Positions 11,901 through 21,600 of a stretch of DNA of 64,000 nt are shown one piece after another. The notes under the pieces are model-generated. The model saw only the letters and a program-made list of their open reading frames with translations. It was not told the DNA's origin and searched no databases. The stretch is from assembly GCA_051362555.1 (NCBI GenBank), contig CM120647.1, forward strand, positions 248,001 through 312,000, written 5' to 3'. Origin of the DNA: Lingula anatina (lineage: Eukaryota > Animalia > Brachiopoda). Made by a program: the position numbers and the translations under genes. Numbering within the stretch: position 1 is the first letter of the stretch; each line of letters opens with the position of its first letter.

Positions 11901-14900
11901 CGTGTTCTTGATCTGGAGTAAGGTACGGCTAACTCTATGTACTAGTATCTATGTTAAAATACACCCACCACCACCGTGTTCTTGATCTGGAGTAAGGTAC
12001 GGCTAACTCTATGTACTAGTATCTATGTTAAAATACACCCACCACCACCGTGTTCTTGATCTGGAGTAAGGTACGGCTAACTCTATGTACTAGTATCTAT
12101 GTTAAAATACACCCACCACCACCGTGTTCTTGATCTGGAGTAAGGTACGGCTAACTCTATGTGCTAGTATCTATGTTAAAATACACCCACCACCACCGTG
12201 TTCTTGATCTGGAGTAAGGTACGGCTAACTCTATGTGCTAGTATCTATGTTAAAATACACCCACCACCACCGTGTTCTTGATCTGGAGTAAGGTACGGCT
12301 AACTCTATGTGCTAGTATCTATGTTAAAATACACCCACCACCACCGTGTTCTTGATCTGGAGTAAGGTACGGCTAACTCTATGTACTAGTATCTATGTTA
12401 AAATACACCCACCACCACCGTGTTCTTGATCTGGAGTAAGGTACGGCTAACTCTATGTGCTAGTATCTATGTTAAAATACACCCACCACCACCGTGTTCT
12501 TGATCTGGAGTAAGGTACGGCTAACTCTATGTGCTAGTATCTATGTTAAAATACACCCACCACCACCGTGTTCTTGATCTGGAGTAAGGTACGGCTAACT
12601 CTATGTGCTAGTATCTATGTTAAAATACACCCACCACCACCGTGTTCTTGATCTGGAGTAAGGTACGGCTAACTCTATGTACTAGTATCTATGTTAAAAT
12701 ACACCCACCACCACCGTGTTCTTGATCTGGAGTAAGGTACGGCTAACTCTATGTACTAGTATCTATGTTAAAATACACCCACCACCACCGTGTTCTTGAT
12801 CTGGAGTAAGGTACGGCTAACTCTATGTACTAGTATCTATGTTAAAATACACCCACCACCACCGTGTTCTTGATCTGGAGTAAGGTACGGCTAACTCTAT
12901 GTACTAGTATCTATGTTAAAATACACCCACCACCACCGTGTTCTTGATCTGGAGTAAGGTACGACTAACTCTATGTACTAGTATCTATGTTAAAATACAC
13001 CCACCACCACCACCGTGTTCTTGATCTGGAGTAAGGTACGGCTAACTCTATGTACTAGTATCTATGTTAAAATACACCCACCACCACCGTGTTCTTGATC
13101 TGGAGTAAGGTACGGCTAACTCTATGTACTAGTATCTATGTTAAAATACACCCACCACCACCGTGTTCTTGATCTGGAGTAAGGTACGGCTAACTCTATG
13201 TGCTAGTATCTATGTTAAAATACACCCACCACCACCGTGTTCTTGATCTGGAGTAAGGTACGGCTAACTCTATGTGCTAGTATCTATGTTAAAATACACC
13301 CACCACCACCGTGTTCTTGATCTGGAGTAAGGTACGGCTAACTCTATGTACTAGTATCTATGTTAAAATACACCCACCACCACCGTGTTCTTGATCTGGA
13401 GTAAGGTACGGCTAACTCTATGTACTAGTATCTATGTTAAAATACACCCACCACCACCGTGTTCTTGATCTGGAGTAAGGTACGACTAACTCTATGTACT
13501 AGTATCTATGTTAAAATACACCCACCACCACCACCGTGTTCTTGATCTGGAGTAAGGTACGGCTAACTCTATGTACTAGTATCTATGTTAAAATACACCC
13601 ACCACCACCACCGTGTTCTTGATCTGGAGTAAGGTATGATTAACTCTATGTACTAGTATCTATGTTAAAATACACCCACCACCACCGTGTTCTTGATCTG
13701 GAGTAAGGTACGACTAACTCTATGTACTAGTATCTATGTTAAAATACACCCACCACCACCACCGTGTTCTTGATCTGGAGTAAGGTACGGCTAACTCTAT
13801 GTACTACTATCTATGTTAAAATACACCCACCACCACCGTGTTCTTGATCTGGAGTAAGGTACGGCTAACTCTATGTACTAGTATCTATGTTAAAATACAC
13901 CCACCACCATCGTGTTCTTGATCTGGAGTAAGGTACAGCTAACTCTATGTACTAGTATCTATGTTAAAATACACCCACCACCACCGTGTTCTTGATCTGG
14001 AGTAAGGTACAGCTAACTCTATGTGCTAGTATCTATGTTAAAATACACCCACCACCACCACCGTGTTCTTGATCTGGAGTAAGGTACGGCTAACTCTATG
14101 TGCTAGTATCTATGTTAAAATACACCCACCACCACCACCGTGTTCTTGATCTGGAGTAAGGTATGATTAACTCTATGTACTAGTATCTATGTTAAAATAC
14201 ACCCACCACCACCGTGTTCTTGATCTGGAGTAAGGTACGGCTAACTCTATGTACTAGTATCTATGTTAAAATACACCCACCACCACCGTGTTCTTGATCT
14301 GGAGTAAGGTACGGCTAACTCTATGTACTAGTATCTATGTTAAAATACACCCACCACCACCGTGTTCTTGATCTGGAGTAAGGTACGGCTAACTCTATGT
14401 ACTAGTATCTATGTTAAAATACACCCACCACCACCGTGTTCTTGATCTGGAGTAAGGTACGGCTAACTCTATGTGCTAGTATCTATGTTAAAATACACCC
14501 ACCACCACCGTGTTCTTGATCTGGAGTAAGGTACGGCTAACTCTATGTACTAGTATCTATGTTAAAATACACCCACCACCACCGTGTTCTTGATCTGGAG
14601 TAAGGTACGGCTAACTCTATGTACTAGTATCTATGTTAAAATACACCCACCACCACCGTGTTCTTGATCTGGAGTAAGGTACGGCTAACTCTATGTACTA
14701 GTATCTATGTTAAAATACACCCACCACCACCGTGTTCTTGATCTGGAGTAAGGTACGGCTAACTCTATGTGCTAGTATCTATGTTAAAATACACCCACCA
14801 CCACCGTGTTCTTGATCTGGAGTAAGGTACGGCTAACTCTATGTACTAGTATCTATGTTAAAATACACCCACCACCACCGTGTTCTTGATCTGGAGTAAG

Positions 14901-17900
14901 GTACGGCTAACTCTATGTACTAGTATCTATGTTAAAATACACCCACCACCACCGTGTTCTTGATCTGGAGTAAGGTACGGCTAACTCTATGTGCTAGTAT
15001 CTATGTTAAAATACACCCACCACCACCGTGTTCTTGATCTGGAGTAAGGTACGGCTAACTCTATGTACTAGTATCTATGTTAAAATACACCCACCACCAC
15101 CGTGTTCTTGATCTGGAGTAAGGTACGGCTAACTCTATGTGCTAGTATCTATGTTAAAATACACCCACCACCACCGTGTTCTTGATCTGGAGTAAGGTAC
15201 GGCTAACTCTATGTACTAGTATCTATGTTAAAATACACCCACCACCACCGTGTTCTTGATCTGGAGTAAGGTACGGCTAACTCTATGTGCTAGTATCTAT
15301 GTTAAAATACACCCACCACCACCGTGTTCTTGATCTGGAGTAAGGTACGGCTAACTCTATGTACTAGTATCTATGTTAAAATACACCCACCACCACCGTG
15401 TTCTTGATCTGGAGTAAGGTACGGCTAACTCTATGTACTAGTATCTATGTTAAAATACACCCACCACCACCGTGTTCTTGATCTGGAGTAAGGTACGGCT
15501 AACTCTATGTACTAGTATCTATGTTAAAATACACCCACCACCACCGTGTTCTTGATCTGGAGTAAGGTACGGCTAACTCTATGTACTAGTATCTATGTTA
15601 AAATACACCCACCACCACCGTGTTCTTGATCTGGAGTAAGGTACGGCTAACTCTATGTACTAGTATCTATGTTAAAATACACCCACCACCACCGTGTTCT
15701 TGATCTGGAGTAAGGTACGGCTAACTCTATGTACTAGTATCTATGTTAAAATACACCCACCACCACCGTGTTCTTGATCTGGAGTAAGGTACGACTAACT
15801 CTATGTACTAGTATCTATGTTAAAATACACCCACCACCACCACCGTGTTCTTGATCTGGAGTAAGGTATGATTAACTCTATGTACTAGTATCTATGTTAA
15901 AATACACCCACCACCACCGTGTTCTTGATCTGGAGTAAGGTACGGCTAACTCTATGTACTAGTATCTATGTTAAAATACACCCACCACCACCGTGTTCTT
16001 GATCTGGAGTAAGGTACGGCTAACTCTATGTACTAGTATCTATGTTAAAATACACCCACCACCACCGTGTTCTTGATCTGGAGTAAGGTACGGCTAACTC
16101 TATGTACTAGTATCTATGTTAAAATACACCCACCACCACCGTGTTCTTGATCTGGAGTAAGGTACGGCTAACTCTATGTACTAGTATCTATGTTAAAATA
16201 CACCCACCACCACCGTGTTCTTGATCTGGAGTAAGGTACGGCTAACTCTATGTACTAGTATCTATGTTAAAATACACCCACCACCACCGTGTTCTTGATC
16301 TGGAGTAAGGTACGACTAACTCTATGTACTAGTATCTATGTTAAAATACACCCACCACCACCACCGTGTTCTTGATCTGGAGTAAGGTACGGCTAACTCT
16401 ATGTACTAGTATCTATGTTAAAATACACCCACCACCACCGTGTTCTTGATCTGGAGTAAGGTACGGCTAACTCTATGTACTAGTATCTATGTTAAAATAC
16501 ACCCACCACCACCGTGTTCTTGATCTGGAGTAAGGTACGGCTAACTCTATGTACTAGTATCTATGTTAAAATACACCCACCACCACCGTGTTCTTGATCT
16601 GGAGTAAGGTACGGCTAACTCTATGTACTAGTATCTATGTTAAAATACACCCACCACCACCGTGTTCTTGATCTGGAGTAAGGTACGGCTAACTCTATGT
16701 GTTAGTATCTATGTTAAAATACACCCACCACCACCGTGTTCTTGATCTGGAGTAAGGTACGGCTAAATCCATGTAGTTCAACGTTTAGGTGTTTGTATAA
16801 AAAACTATATACTTTTTCTCCTTTTTTCAGGTCAAAATACAAAACAGACGCAAATTTGGTCTGCACCAACGCCAAGATGTTCCGCGCAGTGTAAGTTTCT
16901 ATGGCAACCGTGGCAATTTTAAGAAGTCTTCGTCTTTGGCAAAGATGGAGCACCAGAGAAAGTGTTTCTCCATCGTACTACCTCAGATCCAGGAAGAGTC
17001 GTTCTCGGACGAAAGCACGGGAAACTGCGAGAATCCTAAGGAGTCCAGCACAGACCCGGAGACGGGGGCCGGGAGCATACCTCGCCCCAAGAGCTTGCCG
17101 CTCATTAAGAACCTCAACGAGAATCCCGAGCCGGAGTCACCTCTCGCCACAACTGAAAAGGTTCACTTCAATATCGGTTCAAGCGAGCTGGGCCCGGAGG
17201 CCGGTCACCCTGCGCGTGGCTATGACATCCAGGGAGGTGTCCACACCCCTGAAGAGCCGGTTAGTAATGGCAGCGCGTTCGTTGGTTTTAACAGGAACAA
17301 GCACGTGTCGTCGATACGGTCTGTGGCATCAGAGAGGTCTATAGCTACCACAGTGTTTGAACCTAACTGGTCTGAGGAGAGAGAGCATACGTACGTCAAC
17401 AACCACTGCGGGCTGTTTGTTGGAATGTTGGTTATCCTGGCGTCAGTGGCTGTCATCATTGTGTTCCTATATCTCATGTATAACGGCAAAAGTCCAGACC
17501 TGGCCAACTCACATCTCTTTGGTACAAAAATCTTCATCAACGCCCTCAGTATCTTAGTCACGATCGCCACTCATATTCAGATAAAGGGCTTGATGAAAAA
17601 GACAGATAATCTCAAAGAAATGGGCCGTCTTGGGCGTGACCCGCGGCGCCACGTGCCCTCTAGGGGGCAGCAGCATCAGCAGTCGATGGATAAAGCTCTG
17701 CTGGGGATCGCCACGCTGGGTCTCCTCACCTACTGCATGCTGACCATTATAGCGGGTCTGTCAACCGCGGGCATGGAGGCAGCCTTAACCACAGCAGACG
17801 CTTTTTGTACTAGCACACAGGCCATCATCCAGTCACTGTTCCTCGTGACGTCATTTCTGCCAAGACGAGCCACATTGAGGGAACACAGGGAGAAAAGACC

Positions 17901-18153
17901 TGGCCGGCAGGGGCTAGTATTCTTGCTCTGCTGCAACTTTTGCCTGTGGGCTTTGAACTCCTTCGGTCTACGAAATGAGATCGCAAACCACGTGCAAATA
18001 GAATTTTACTCTTTTAAAACGTGGATTATCTTGTCACACGTGTCGTTGCCTCTTCTGATCTTGTTTCGTTTTCACTCCCTTGTCTGTATTGCTGACGTCA
18101 TTTCTCACGCATATACAGCCAAATACATTGGCTTGGAGTCTCATGGGACGTAG
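3907..18153 (+). CDS. Otop: Otopetrin-family proton channel (Otop-like), 7 coding exons, ~728 aa
   Basis: Exons 3907-3953, 6401-6530, 7078-7222, 7580-7734, 8010-8244, 9098-9249 and 16831-18153 all have GT-AG introns and join in one frame. The product has many hydrophobic helices and the otopetrin motifs YLYPCVIEYSL (exon 6), GLFVG and LILFRFHS (last exon). Exon 1 (MAWTDAESELADKLNG) is phase-compatible but less certain. Confidence 0.9.
6790..7122 (+). repeat. 106-bp tandem repeat spanning the Otop exon 3 acceptor (3 copies)
   Basis: TCTCTCTCCAG|GTGGCGCTAGCT recurs with AG ending at 6865, 6971 and 7077. Confidence 0.92.
8188..8992 (+). repeat. 70-bp tandem repeat spanning the Otop exon 5 donor (11 donors plus a partial unit)
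   Basis: CATAACA|GTAAGT repeated from 8245 to 8934. Confidence 0.95.
9222..16766 (+). repeat. 74-bp minisatellite spanning the Otop exon 6 donor (~102 copies, 7.5 kb)
   Basis: Unit CCACCACCACCGTGTTCTTGATCTGGAGTAAG|GTACGGCTAACTCTATGTACTAGTATCTATGTTAAAATACAC. First donor 9250, last 16757; the 7507-bp span equals 101 x 74 plus eleven 3-bp CCA variants. Confidence 0.98.
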
Positions 18154-18610
18154 CCAGGATGTGTTTTGCTGCTGTTGATAACTGTTCAGAACTACGTGGG
18201 TCCTAAAACCCGCAACGTAAATGAACAAAATGAAAGTAAAACTCACAGTCAAGATAAGGGATTTTATAAGCAGTATCGTATAGGCCAGTGCATGTATTTT
18301 AGAAAACAACTTGAGTATTTTAATATTAATGCACATAACTATAAAACTGTAATCACGATTACTACAGGCTACATATAGGCCTACTGGGGTACACGCGCGA
18401 CATGCATTACAACAATGTAGTAGACAGATACTTTTAGTGCCTTTTAATCAACTACCTTTGAAATTCTCATATATTTTGAATATTTATTTATTTATTCATG
18501 AATTTATTTTACAATAAAATGTTACACTGATCTGGTCTGTAAGTGTCTCTGTGAAAATTTTCAAACTTGGATATTGTGGTGTATTTCGCCAAACCAGGGG
18601 AGCATGACCT

Positions 18611-21600
18611 TTATCCCACCAGCACGTCGCGTGGTTGTTTGTGAGCTGGCCAATCAGAATGCCCACCGCTGGAGTAGATGCCCCGGAAATAATGAATGCA
18701 AGGTCGCGCATGCTCAATATCTTTCGGATAGGAGTCAAAGAGAGCAAACATGGCAGCCTCCGTCTTCTCTCCCCAGGGACAAGACTGAGGGAAGTAGGTC
18801 GTCTGACACGCCGTCCCCTGGAAGGAATTGATCAACTATGTTTTCATAGTCGCCTACAACACTCCTCTTTATGTTAGCTAATAAATAAAAACACCCTGGA
18901 AAACATTTCTATCACGGGTGGGGCTAGGGGTAGGATTAAAATCAACCAAAAGGTTAAAGCTATACATATTAGATATATATGCGAGAAAAAAATGTTTTAA
19001 ATAGTACACATTAACTGAAATATATATCTCATTATTCCAAAAACAGGTTAAAATTGCAACAAACGTGGTGTAAAGATGGTGTAAAGATCTTTGGAGATCA
19101 GGGATACCTGTACATGCACAATAGATACTTGAACTGTTTTGATCACTGTGCAGAATCACTATTTTCCAAATGCACCATATTATCTAGCTGGTCGACTACA
19201 GGAGTGGGTGCACGTAGGTATAGCAGCACGGAAAAACTGAACTGTATTCAATTTCCAATTTCATAATTAACCAAAACAGTACTCATTGTGTTGTACTTTG
19301 ATATATACCTTGTTGGTGTAGATGGTGGTATAGAAAGGTTTGCCTACAGTCACTGCATAGTCATAGTATACGCCACCTAAATACACGCAGTTCCAAATAT
19401 TATTAGGATTGGATCTGGGCCTCTAAGGCATAGGACTAGATTAGGACTGGGCTTGTGACACATACCTTGTTGGTGTAGATAGTGGTATAGAAAGGTTTGC
19501 CTGCAGTCACTGCATAGTCGTAGTCGGCCCATTTGCTTCTCTCCACCACTTGGCTTGTACGAGTATACGCCACCTGAATACACGCAGTTCCAGCTATACT
19601 TTAATGGCGTACCAGTACAACGCGCATTTATAGGACAACATTAAATTTTCTGTAAATTTCAGCACATTTCCTTAAATTTTAATCACCACAATATACCATG
19701 TCCAAACCCAAGTACCAAATTATGAAATCTGTACGCTTGTTGAGGATGCTTTTGTTTTAAATTCTTTTTTCGTAATGCATCGCCAGAACTGACGGCCATA
19801 ACTGTGATCAGATTTTGTCGCACAGTCACAATTAGTATGGTAATTAACCTGGGCGTCCACGCTGTCAAATATGTCAATCATGTGGGTAGTGACCTTTGCC
19901 CTCTTGCCGCCCCAGCTGATCAGCCTCGATGTCGCTGGGCCAGTGGAACACTGTAGTCCCCAGTGCCAGCCAATGGAATAATGCGTCTTAAGCACGCCAT
20001 TGGCTTGCTTCTTGGCCTCTTTCTGAAATGCCACCAATGACAATTCAAGTCTTATACGTGACATGGCTTCTCTGATCCCCTGCGAAAATTTGTCTCATTT
20101 AACGGTCACTTACGATTCTCAATCTATTCTAGAACATTTGGTGTATTTTTTTACACTTCTAATGTTGTTCTGTAAAGAATGTAACAGTTCGAGAACTGTT
20201 TTTGGGGAAGTCCTTCAGAATGTCCTAGAACACATTAAGAACATTTTTCATTAAAAGAGAAAAACATTATGTAGAAAGAAGTTTGGTTTGGTGTTGATAT
20301 AAATGTTTTTACCTTGACAGCCATCAAGTTATCCAGATATGTCTTGATCGGCTTCTCCTTCCCACATTTGATTTTTGAGAAAGCCTCGTTGTTCACGGCA
20401 ATTCCGTCAAACCTCTCTGCTGCGCTCGCTGAAAAACCGTTGAAAAAATTGAGGTCTCGGATTTCTTAATTCTTTGTATCTTAAACATTCAGATTATTCT
20501 TTTAATGTGATAATGCTACTGGGTACTGCAGTTGTACAGGGGTGGATAGAGGATTATTTGAAAGGGGGGGTCTGACAGGCCTCGGATGCGAAACTGACCT
20601 ACTCCCCCTCCCTTGGCGTGGGGCTCGGGGCCCGCTGAGGGTCCCTCGAAATTTTTGGTACTTAATTAAGACTTGTTTCCCATAGCTAGATCGATCTAAC
20701 AGGATCAATCCATCTCCAAGGGTTTTTTCCCTAAATTGCAATCAACTTAAGCGGCTTAGATGTCTGACACGCCTACTGAAGCTACTTAAACGATAATAAG
20801 TTACCTCCCAGCAGCTTCAGTAGGGGTGACAAACATCTAAGCCGCTTAAGTTAATTTCAATTTAGCGAAAAATCCCCTTGGAGATAGATCGATCCACAGT
20901 TCGTACGAAAGGTTTTCGCCTTGTTTTACAAAACAAATATACTCATTACTAGTACATGTTCATACTACCTATACAGGACTAATGGCGTATGGACACATGC
21001 AGATCTCACATAGAAAGAAAATGGGGCGATACTCATCAAACAGACGCCTGTTAGTGATATACCCGTCTATCTCACCTGCACATATGTCGTTATACCACAC
21101 AACAAACTTGACCAGAAACTGCTCCGAGACTGGAAGGTCGCTTACAGCATATAGGGCGTAAATCTTGAGGTCGGGTACTCTAGCGTGACCCTCCGTGAGA
21201 GCGGTTTTGATGCGCTGGATTTCCGGCAGTGAGCAGTCGTTGCTGAGGTAGCCTCTCTCCAGAGGACGGTGAACATCTAGAGATCGACACAAGATAAAGT
21301 ATGAATGATATGCGCGTTTAAATGACAAGCCAAGTGTTTCCAGTCCATTTCGTACTCACATTACCGAATCAAATTTTTTGTAAAACAAATCATATATAAC
21401 CCCGTGTAAGATTCCTAACCTATTGACCTGGTTTACACCGTGACGGCAGCACGTGACTGTTGGCGTCTATCACCCGTCTTTTATGAACCCTGTACGGTAC
21501 TAGCTGTGGACACCTCAAGGTTTAAATACCAGTATTAAGTACAGCCTATCCACTAGTCCAGGTGTATTTTAACCATAGGAAGATCTTTATGAACCCTGTA

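Noticed and set aside
9222-16766. CRISPR-like appearance of the long regular array
   Set aside because: No unique spacers, no cas genes and a eukaryotic intron context; it is a head-to-tail minisatellite.
16901-17936. Overlapping alternative-frame and antisense ORFs within the last Otop exon
   Set aside because: Expected shadows of a GC-richer coding exon; the 16831-18153 frame carries the otopetrin motifs.
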